From: Peribolospora baueri
Taxonomy: Eukaryota
DNA length: 64,000 nucleotides
Reading direction: 5' to 3'
NCBI GenBank assembly: GCA_029717555.1
Contig: JAMDHS010000005.1
Span: forward strand, 372,001-436,000
Under the pieces are notes generated by a model, which worked only from the letters and a program-made list of their open reading frames with translations, did not search any database and was not told the DNA's origin. The first letter of the stretch is position 1. The number at the start of each line of letters is the position of its first letter. The translations under genes and the position numbers were made by a program. Shown one piece after another: positions 54,024-64,000 of this stretch.

Positions 54024-54236
54024 CTCTAGAGCCTCTGACTTGGGTGGTGGAAAGAATGGTCTGCAGGGGAATTTACGTCTAAAGAGGGAACAGAGATCGC
54101 TCGAAAAGCTGCGGCAGTAACCCTATTTGAATATACTCCAGTCCAGAATTTACATTAACTCTTAAACGTATCCTACACAGCGCCCAGTGAGGGGGAGACC
54201 AGGAAAAGAGGAAAGCGAGGCGGGGCCCGGAGCCTA

Positions 54237-55611
54237 TCATGAAGCGGCGCCTTGGTCCGGAAGCCGCTCGATTGCGTATCGGTGTTTGGCGACGTACATG
54301 AGCGGCACACCCTGGATTAGGAAGACAAAAAGGTATGAGGAGTGAGCGCCGAAACAAGGAACAAACGAAAGGAGAGGGGGTACGTTAGGAAACGCACTGG
54401 GATCTTCCTAATCCGCCGTCGCAAGTCGCGATCACACGTGGCAACGACGTAGCATTTGGCGGCCGTCACACGCTGCACGAGGCAATCGTCTGCGTAGGTG
54501 CCCTTGTGCGAGCAGGGCAGACGCTCGAAGCGCGGGTCGCGAGCGACTCTGGTGAGATAGAACGGAATGAATTGAGCCGGGGGGAAGGGGGACAAAATGA
54601 AGGAGGGTTGGCGCGACGAGGTTCATGGTGAGCGAATGTTGAAAACATGCATAGGGGCCACAAGTAGAGAGATTTCGGGAAACTCACCGGAGAGCGATGC
54701 GATACTTTGGACCTAGCTTCTCCAATTCGGCCATGACGCAGTCAGTGATTGTCGGGATGCCTGTTGAAGGAATGAAGGGTAACGAGCAGGGTCAGCCAGT
54801 CCAACCTATTCGGCCAAACCCCATTGAAGGTCCGCCCACAAACGGTACAACTCCGTACGAGCCCGGCATCACATCCACCGCATGTGAACCTCTAATAACG
54901 CACATTTGGCATAAAGACAATCCATCATTCCTTGCACAAGCTCGATCTTATTCTGCAAGCTGAAGTTGATAAAGTTGGTGTCCACGAGGACCTGGTAGGG
55001 TGGGGCGAGGGCGGTATTGTGGGCGAAGAACATGGCGGACGAGATTTGTTGGCTGTCCGCGATCAGATACGTGCGTGAGAGGTTCGACCGAATGGGGGAC
55101 AGACGGACCAGGAGACGATGAAGTCGAGCAGATCAGATTATAGGACAGACAGATAGTTATAAAGCGTGCAGAGAAGGAGCGGAACAATTCGTTCCTCGTG
55201 ACGACGAGGGTCAACCACGTATGAGACGCGGGCACTCACACATGACGCACGTCCTTCTTGGCCTCTTCTTCCTGCTTCTTCTTTTGCTTCTCCTGATTGC
55301 TCTTCCTGTGATTATCACATCGGCAGGCAAGGGACGGCAAGTCGTCCGTTGAGTACGCCTTTTTCCCTCTTGCCCTGCTCCCGAGAGAGAGGAAACAGAG
55401 ATAGAAGAGGGCGGGAAGAGGAAGCAGCGGAACGCGGCCGCTCACAGTCTGGGGTCACTGGGATTGATCATCCGCTTGACGAGCGCAAACTTTTTCGTCT
55501 TCTTTGTTCTCGTCTGTCCATTAGCGAGAATGGTCCGACAGAATGAAAGTAAAGGATAAATGTCAGGGTGTTGATCGAGAAGAAGAGAGCCAGAGACGGG
55601 GCACGTACCAT
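54237..55611 (-). CDS. FCF1: PIN-domain pre-rRNA endonuclease Fcf1/Utp24
   Basis: ATG-only first exon, then [83 protein letters not shown]. Confidence 0.95.
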
Positions 55612-55809
55612 GTTGAGCCAGTTCGCCAGCGGTCAGTGGTGGTGGTGGTGGCAAGGAAGACGCGAGGCGGATCGAAATTGAGAAATTTCACGCCTTCGCC
55701 GATCACCACCAATTCTGCGGGCAGTTGTGACCGTGACCGTCTCCTCCATCTGGCTCTGCCCTTTCGCTCCCGCCTGCCATCTTCGTAATACTTTAAAGCT
55801 GGCACCAGG

Positions 55810-57191
55810 ATGGAGGGTGCGACTCGGATACCCATCCAAGTCGTCAACGGGCAGGGCTACGTCTGGGGCGCCGACGGTAAGTGGGCGATCCTCCTTTCCT
55901 TGGGCATTCTTCGCTCACTCGCCCGCTCCCCTCTCTCTCATTCATCCGATTCCTCTTGATCGCAGATGCAGCGACACTACGCTCAGAGCACCACATCTGT
56001 GGCTTGCTGACAGGCTCGCTACCTCAGATTCCGCAACAGAACGTCTTCCTCGGTTTACCGCTTCAGCTCATGCCGGAGGAGGTGGTGTTATTGGTCGAAA
56101 AAGGTGCGTGAACGAGCCGGAGAGCGCTCGCCTCCCTCTCCTTATTCTGCACATTGGACTGCCGTTTTTTGGGAAGACGGTTCCTGTCTGACCGGCATGG
56201 GGATGGCATTTAACTCCTTTCAAATTCCACCCTTTAGGCATCTGCAGCCTAGTTGACGATCCAAAAGCGCACCGCTCGCCAACCGGAACCGAAACCGCCG
56301 CCTTCCATTCAGAACGAAGAGAGGATATAGCTGCGCAACATGCAGAGGCCATGAAGGCAGTGGCTGAGAGCAGGAGAAAGTGGGAGAGCGTGGAGAATGA
56401 CGAGGTTAGGAGGAAGAGGGAGGAGAGGGAGCGTAGGCGGAAGGAGAGGAGAAAGGCAGCTGGGAATGAGGAGGACGGTTTGCTGTTCGCCGGTGCAAAC
56501 GACCGAGTAAAAGAAGAGCAGCAGGGGGGTGTGGGGCCAGAGAGCTCGGCGAACCTTCCTACACCGGAATCGCTGCAGTCCTCCTCACTGCGCTCAGATG
56601 AGCGTCCTATCGCGGACTTTACAAAGTCGCTTCCCTTGGGGACGGCGCAGCAGCTGTCCTACTCAGTCGTCGTCCAGGGCCCATCCTCCTCCCTGCCTTG
56701 GTACGAATCCTCGACGCACGCATATCACACGATTGCAGCGGCGAGAGAAGGAGGGATTTGGACGTACCCCAACACGGTAGATGAGCGAGCGCGATGCGGC
56801 GTGTTTAAAGATCTGTGGGAAAGGGGGTTCTTCATGGGCAATGGGTTGAGGTTCGGGGGCCACTATTTGGTGTATCCTGGTGAGTGTCTTGGATGCACTC
56901 CCTTTATGAGCGGGTCCCTTCTTTTAATGCACCTCGGGCGAGCTGACTTGACGCCTTTACGCGCTTCTCTTCGCTTGCTTCACCTGCGCTTCAGGCGATC
57001 CCCTCCGCTATCACTCCCACTTCACCGCGACGGTCTTCTCAACGCTAACAGCATGCATTCCTCCTCTGGACATCGTAGCCCTGGGAAGACTAGGAACGGC
57101 AACCAAGAAAGCTCACCTCTTGTGTGGGTGGGATGATGAGAAGAGGGAGACCACGTACTTCAGCATCTCTTGGGCTGGGTTCGGTACTTGA
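55810..57191 (+). CDS. SEN34: tRNA-splicing endonuclease catalytic subunit Sen34
   Basis: LRSEHHICGLLTGSLPQIPQQNVFLGLPLQLMPEE, VFKDLWERGFFMGNGLRFGGHYLVYPG|DPLRYHSHF, GRLGTATKKAHL, YFSISWAGFGT*. Confidence 0.94.
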
Positions 57192-57397
57192 ATTGTACTT
57201 CGGAGCGTTTGGCGCTCTCGAATACCTTATTACCTCTCCTGCACGCTGATAGAGACCTGTCTGTGAAAACACACCACGTCGTTGCGCTTCCGGGTGAGGA
57301 ACGATCCTGCCAGCGTCTATCGAGACTCTAAAAACATGCGTATCCATCCGAATGCCCGCACCTTCCATCTATACCGTCAAACTATCTATCCGTCTAC

Positions 57398-59012
57398 CTA
57401 TTCATGATGTCGTAACTGATCGTCGAACCGAAGGGACATCCAAACGTCCTCGCTTACCCATTCCCACCCGCACCTCTCGAAGAGCCTCCAAGCGGGCTGG
57501 TTATCGTTCTCCGAATTCGCATGAACGAGTTGCGTCGCGATTGCAGAAGCAGCATCGTCACCCGCATCAGCAGGGAGGTTCCCCGCGTTCATCCGGAGGA
57601 TGGTCCGAACGGCGTCGTCCAGAGGTATAGACCCTATCTCGTTGATGAGTGAGACCAGCTCACAGAACGATGACGCAAGCACCGAGGCGATCTTGGGCAT
57701 GACGGAGAGAACAATCTGTCTACCTAATGACACGCCCGACATTCGGCGGTAGGCAGGCAGGGTGTGTAGAGCCGCAATGGAAACTGAGTCACGGGATGGC
57801 GTGAAATCAGTCCCTTATTTCAGTCTACGTGTGCGTGCTCGACGGGACGGGGCGCTGACGGCATAAGACCTCAGCGCCATTCAAAGTCAAGTGGAGACTC
57901 GTTTCCGAGGATGGGCACTCACGGTCTTCGTGCGTGACACACCATGCCACGGGCTTGCAGCCATTTTGTCGGTCTCGAATGGCGCTCGAGACAGCGGCGC
58001 GAGTGGCTATGTAGCCTCGAGGGAAGGGAATCTTGTTCGCATTCACGATCTGTCCGTGGCGAGATATAGAAGCTTCCCAGATGATCAGAACGGGCGCTAC
58101 CAGCCTTCGTTCAAGGGCCGCCGTGCAATCAACGAAAACGTAATCCATACTCACCTCATCCACTCCATCCCCCACGTCGCCTACCTCCCATCGCTCGGTA
58201 TCAAGAGCAGGCAGATCTACCTTCCGTCCACCAGGTCCTACGTCTACCCGGGTGACGAACGTACCACAAGGATTATCGTATAAAACGTTCCACCGCTTCC
58301 CTTCCCCTTCTTCCCTAAGAGACTGGGCCAAGTTGCCGTCGAGCGCAGAGAAATGCAACGTCCGGGGCTTGTCCTCCGGACCCTCACCGCCGTCGACTGG
58401 CTCCATCGCCAACGGACCAAGCCATTGCTCGACGGCATTCGAAAAAATGTGACAGGTCTCTGCCCATTCTCGCGTCCCCTTGAAACCGGGAGAAGAGAGA
58501 TGGGGGCCGGTGGAGAAGAAGACGTGGCCACGCAGTCGGTGTCGGCGCGGGTCGGACACTGGGAGAGAGGGCTGGATAACATGCATGGCCAGGACGATGG
58601 CCCAGACAGGATGGCTAGCTTCCGCTGAGGTGTATTCCCCACCGCTTATGGACTGCACAGCCGCTGACGTAAAAGAATGAGGGGCGTCTCCGCATATACG
58701 AATGCTGTAGCGTGTGACGTACCCTCCCTCGAAGATCTGCCACTGCGGCGGCAGTGGGGCATCTACGCCCTTATCTGTTCCTCCCTGCTTCGACTTCCCG
58801 GGCCAACTGAACCCATCCCTTTCCTGCCCTGAGCCAATGATAAAGCGCGCAACGTCGTGATTGACCTTCCTGGCAAAGAAGGAAGAAGCGGTGAAGGGGA
58901 TCAGAAGCATGTTGCGCATATGCAGAGAGGCGGGGAGGAGCTCCGGGGTGGAAAGGAGGGCGACGAGTGCTGGGAGCTCGTGGGCCTTCAGAGGCCTGCC
59001 GTGGGACCCCAT
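57398..59012 (-). CDS. GNAT-fold (FR47-like) acetyltransferase domain protein
   Basis: C-terminal GNAT motifs PVAWCVTHED|LSIAALHTLPAYRR..LG and NQPAWRLFERCGW. The N-terminal region is not recognisable. Confidence 0.7.
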
Positions 59013-59102
59013 GCCAGCTCGTCTTGGGAAGGACAGGTGATGGTCGAGCGCCAACAAGGAAGTGGTGGGGAAACGACGAACGACTCGACTGAAAACTGTT
59101 TT

Positions 59103-59148
59103 AAGAACTCGCACGACTCGACACGACTCGACACGACTCGACACGACA
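59103..59148. repeat. Short tandem repeat (ACACGACTCG)n upstream of the GNAT gene
   Basis: cacgactcg acacgactcg acacgactcg acacgac visible directly. Confidence 0.75.
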
Positions 59149-59768
59149 TGACTCCATCGAGTCTTCTTGACTTGCTGCGGTCGCAATCGCTTTCTTACCG
59201 TATAGAGGAACCTCACTCTTGCACCTAGCTCCATTCCGATACAGGACCTCCCTCAGACGACTCGACCCTCCCAATTCCGATCGCGATGCCGACGCAGACC
59301 CAAGAGGAAATACGTTGCGCTCTGTTTCGAGTGGAAAGAGAAGATGGGAACCTCGAGGGTTCCGAAACGTTTATCTCGGACGCTTTGCGTGTCGGAGCTG
59401 GAAAGGCTCCGAGGTCACAAGAAGCAGCGAAAGCGAACCCAATCAGGCTGGACGGGACCGATTCCCTGCTAGATACTCGACAGGGAGACCGCTAGAGGGA
59501 CTGGAGGCAGATATGAAGTGCAGGCGTCGCCATGTATTGTCGTGAGATGGTGGTAGAAGCATGAATATTCACTTTGCTATGGTGGGCCTCGGGGACGATC
59601 ATCCTCGCCCGTGTAAGTGCCGCAGCTACCACCGAGTTGCACGCAGTTGCATGGACTACAAACTGAGGCAATCGATCAAGTCAATCGATCAATTGCGATC
59701 AATTGCCGGAATCCTCGACGACCCGTCCATCTCCCTCTACGCTTTGGAATCAAAGCAGTACGACATTC

Positions 59769-62040
59769 ATGATGACCTCGCGGATACTAGCGGGATGTTT
59801 CCGGTGCGTCCGCCTTATGCCTCTTGCCACCCGAGGCTTTGCATACCCTTCGTCGGGCTCCTTTGCGGTATTGCGCCACCGGTCGCCCTCCTCCTGGCCG
59901 GAGCACCTCGTCGACCGATGTCGTTCTCGAGCATTCGCGACCAAGGGCAACGGTAGGAAAGAAGGCGCATCTTCCGTTTCGACTAGCACATCATCTAAAG
60001 CCTTGACGACGCCCTCAGGTGGAAAAAAAGCCAAAGCCTCTCCGGTCCGTCGACCCGCCATCGAGGCGGCCGCTGCGCGTTCCAAGGCCATTCGGGAGCA
60101 GGTGATTCGGGACCAGGCTGCCCAAGCATCGGTGCCTACAACGCCGACGACGGCGGATGCCACCACGAGGATCAAGATTCAGGCGCGCGGCGAACCGGAG
60201 GCCGGACAGGGTCGAGACGCAGGTCTGGAGGTTGAGGAGGTCGTTTCGCCCACTGCGACCGCCGAGGAGCTCGAGCTCCCGCAGGTGATTGCCTACGCCT
60301 CGGCGGAAAGCTACGACTTCCACGCACTCAAGCGCAGCGGCACTCTACCGAAAGATGCCCAGCTGCTGGCTGATACCGAGGGCGAGGTTATCCACGTTCC
60401 GCGATGGCCTCCCAATGCGGACCAGGCGCAAGGCGAGGCGTTCGTGTTTAGGAGCGGGAGTTATGTGACGTGGGGTATGTCCGAGGAGGACAGTGAGCTC
60501 TTCTTAAAGGACATTATTCGCGGACAAGGAAACGGAAGCAAGGCGTGGGTGGAGAAGGAGAGGTATCAGGAGGTTGGCGAGGAAGCGCTCGACTATCTAA
60601 TCAGCGACAAAGAGTGAGTGGGTGGTGTGGACGATTCTACTTTCACTTGAGAAGCTTAAGAAGCTCACATCAATATCAAAACTTTACTCTCCTCATTCTT
60701 ATTGCCCCACTTGTGTAGGGCCACCCGCGTAGTGGGCGACCTACTTGTCATCGGCGCCCGGCCAACACACCATCACCACCATCCCCCGTCCTCCTCATCC
60801 GCTACCACGAACGGGGTTGGCCAGGGAGTGGCTGCGGTCGAAACGAACACGGACCACGACCCTTCCGTAACAGCGCCGTGGACCCCACTTCTGGCCCGAC
60901 TAGCGTTCTCACAAGGCCTAGCCCGCTCAGCCCGACTGACCGTCTTCGAGACATACCTCGAATCCTATCTCGCGGACGTGAGCGCCCTCCCCGACGCGCT
61001 CATGAGAGACGGAGAAGTCCCGCTCACGAGAAAGGAGGTCATCAAGAAGCTCGGTAGCTTGCTGAAGCTTAGGCAGAGGCTTAATCTAAACAGAGAGAAC
61101 TTCTTCGATGACGTGAGTTGACTTGGTGCGAGCGAAGGCGGCCCTACGCGAGAGTGACGGCATGTGACTCACGCAAAAGGTCTCCGAATACCCTTTTCCT
61201 TCCCGTTTCCCATTCTTTGAACGCTTGCAGCCGGACATCTACTGGGAAAACCCGGTGCTAGAAGGTGCGTTTTTCGCAGAGCCCTTCTGTGCGTTCGTCT
61301 TTCACAGTCGGATGCTCACGCCTTAGCCGTTCTGTGCCTTCCCTGTTTGTCTTTGCTGCGCCTTTCTGGTCGAATTTTCCCTCATCATAGATCACTACCG
61401 CTCCATCTGTCTCGCCCTGGACATCCCCACTCGCTTCCGAAACATCAACGAAAAGATCAATTGTGAGCCTCTCGCGGTCGTCCTTTTTCACCCGTACCTT
61501 CCCATGCTCTCTCTGAGTCAACACTGTGGCCTCGCCCCGTGCTGAGCGGACATCACAGGCGTCGCAAGGGTCGCTAACACCACCGTGACTCGTCTTGTCA
61601 CTGGCCTGCAGATGCCGAGGAGCTTCAATCGAACTTGCGTGCTCTCCTTACAGAGGTAGGTATCTTCTGTCAACCTCCTTCTTTCGCGTGCGAGCGTTCA
61701 TCGTCCAGACCCGATCTCATCTCCGCTGTCTGTCTCCCTCCCTCGCCGCTTCTCATTACAGCGCTCCTCCCACCGCATGGAGCTGATCATCATTGCGCTC
61801 ATCGCTGTCGAAGTCTTTCTCGCCCTCGTCCACCATGGCTCCACGGCGATCGAGAGCGTCTCCGAGTGGCTCGACAGCAAACGCCAAAATTCGGGCGGCG
61901 TGCTCGCTGATCGAGGAAAAGGGGCGAACGGGACGACGACTGGTAAGGGGGAGGATGACGAGGAGGAGAGCTGGGTGCAGAGCATTGAAAGTATAATCAG
62001 GAAGGAGGTGGAGAGCGCTAGGAGCGGCGCGCGGGCTTGA
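59769..62040 (+). CDS. DUF155 (RMD1/RMND1/MRX10-like) protein, probably mitochondrial
   Basis: AYASAESYDF, AFVFRSGSYVTWG, LAFSQGLARSARL, PDIYWENPVLE, LDIPTRFRNINEK, SHRMELIIIALIAVEV. Arg/Ser-rich N-terminus resembles a mitochondrial presequence. Confidence 0.85.
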
Positions 62041-62267
62041 TGGATGAATATTTTTTATTAGTGGGAAACCGCCACTCCTTTCACCTTAGATAGTCAATCA
62101 GTCCCCTTGCGTCCGCCGTCCTCCACCACTCTTTAGCAGCAGTATTTAGCAATACAATGTCAACCATCGCAACAAATGTAGAATACGTTGTCTATTCCGC
62201 GGAAACAATTGTCCCCAAGCGCGACCTTGTCGAGACGTGCCCGTGCCCCTGGCTCAGGTCGACCGCA

Positions 62268-64000
62268 TCATTTCACCCGGCCGCCTGACACTGGTCGTCG
62301 CCTACGCTTCACTCGATCCACCAAGCTGCCGTCCGGGTGGTGCACATGAACGCGTTCCTCCTCGTCTTCGGCCTTCGCCGGCGCACTTGAACGAAGACCG
62401 TCCGTAGCCCCGAGCGGGGGCGGGGCGGCCAAAGTAGCGACTTTAACACGCTTGAAGACACTCTCCGTCGCTGACGAGCCTTTCACTGATCCAGCTCCTG
62501 CGGTGGACAAAGAGCGCTTGGTGGCAGAGAAGGAGGCGGAGATCCTCGTCGTTGTCGTCGTCGTTGTCGTCGCCTTTCGTCCGGATGCGTTCGCCTTCAC
62601 CGAGCTGTTTCGTGGCCGAGACGTCGTCCGGGCTCGTGAGGCCGTCCGACCAGGACCTTCGGCGCTATCTGCCGCTCGTCTGCCCTGTGGCACAGTCTCC
62701 TCCTTCACTTCTGATCGAAGCTCGCTCATCGGGGTGGACGGTCCTCGCAGCTTCTCCTGCTCCTGCTCTTCGAGCTTGACCATTTTCACCACAGCATCCC
62801 CCTTCAAAACGTCTGCGGCAGCCGTGGGCGTGGCGGCGGGCGTGGGAAGGGGCGGCTTGGATTCCGAGAATGTGGAGGAGTAGCTCGAGAAGGACTTCAG
62901 GTCGGCGGTGAATAGGACCTGCGAGGGTAGGATGGAGGCAGACAAACGAGGCATATGGCACGAAAGAATGGGGGGTGAATGAGTTCCGGTTGGATGCAGA
63001 GCCAAAGAGAAAAGAGGTATACGAGGCGAGGCGAGGCGAGGCAAGCTCGTCAAAAGGTCACCCACGCTGTGCGCCCATCCGGAATATCTTCCCCAAACAC
63101 CTCTCAACTTCTCCGCCACCTCCTCATACCGCCCCCTGACGCCGTACCACCTCTGCGCAAACTGAAAAACGTGTCGGTCCACGGGAATCGACTCGGGCTG
63201 GTCGAGGGAGAAGAGGAGGATGCAATCCGCTACCTTCGGGCCTACGCCAGGGAATGCCTGGAGGGCTGCGCGGGCGGCAGGGTAGGGGAGGGTGCGGAGA
63301 GAGGAGAGATAGGCGTAAACCCTTTGGTCTGGGCCCAAGCCTTCCGACGAAGACGCTTTGCCTTTGCCGTGGCTCAAGGCCTCTTCTTTCTCATCACCGC
63401 CCCCCGCTTGGCCCATCTCAACGAGTATCCTGGCCGTCTGCGCGATGTATTTTGCTCTGTATCCGAAACCCAACTCTCGGAGCTTGGCTTCCACTTCGGG
63501 CTGAGCTAATGCTGACGGGGAGGGGAAGGGGTGATAAGTGTAGGACGTTGTCGTAGACGACGGATCGGCTGTGGGGACGACGAGAAGAGGCCGTGCTGGA
63601 GGAAAGGTCGCGAGGAGCAGACGTGTAGCGTCAGCAGAAACTCGTCCGTTTGGAAGGAGTGAGAGACAAGACAAAAACATGGCAACTGACAGAAGTGCGT
63701 GCACAGGTTTTGGACCATGCCAGTTATCCGAGCGATGTTGTTGTTCGAGCTGCAGATGAAGCTGAAGGCGTGGGGAGCGCGGAAGGAATCATCCATCGAA
63801 TGTCACCCGAGACGGGATGTGGAGGACGATGACTGGCTCAAAGGGCAGACTCACGCCATCAAGCACTCGAAAGGATCCTGTCGGAGCATGCGAACGCCCC
63901 TAAACCTGACGGCGTGCTTGGCGAAGACGGGATCGACGGCGGACCACTCGTCATAAAGGTCCGCAAGTTTGACCTCGAGCTGGAAATAGTCCTTGAGGAA
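62268..64000 (-). CDS. OGG1: 8-oxoguanine DNA glycosylase (5' end lies outside the window)
   Basis: [53 protein letters not shown], Hh[45 protein letters not shown]. Confidence 0.94.

Noticed and set aside
1..64000. Transposons, tRNA/rRNA genes, CRISPR arrays, horizontally acquired islands
   Set aside because: No transposase or RT motifs, terminal repeats, regularly spaced repeats, cloverleaf or intronless bacterial-like genes were seen. A formal scan was not possible.

Overview
GC-rich, intron-dense fungal genomic DNA. The GTGAGT/GTGCGT/GTACGT donors, ~80-150-nt introns and protein sequences suggest a basidiomycete, but I cannot assign a lineage more precisely. It is a compact core-genome segment with 23 recognisable spliced protein-coding genes, reconstructed by hand: TauD dioxygenase, PAM16, CKS1, FBP1, GND1, a macro-domain hydrolase, CRM1, a nuclear PABP (Pab2/PABPN1-like), PHO81, SAE2/CtIP, VMA4, a peroxisomal enoyl-CoA isomerase, CENP-C, a mitochondrial carrier, an ExoIII-type AP endonuclease, CCT4, UFD1, YTM1, FCF1, SEN34, a GNAT protein, a DUF155/RMND1-like protein and a 5'-truncated OGG1. 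I saw no transposon, tRNA, rRNA, CRISPR array or mating-type gene, and no clear new multi-gene system. The best leads are (1) an apparent non-canonical GA-AG intron next to the catalytic Glu of the AP endonuclease, (2) a hidden multi-exon orphan gene or lncRNA between PAB2 and PHO81, (3) a second unannotated spliced unit with a 17-nt microexon between CKS1 and FBP1, and (4) two GC-AG introns in UFD1. All gene calls come from motif recognition, not database searches. CDS coordinates span start to stop and include introns.
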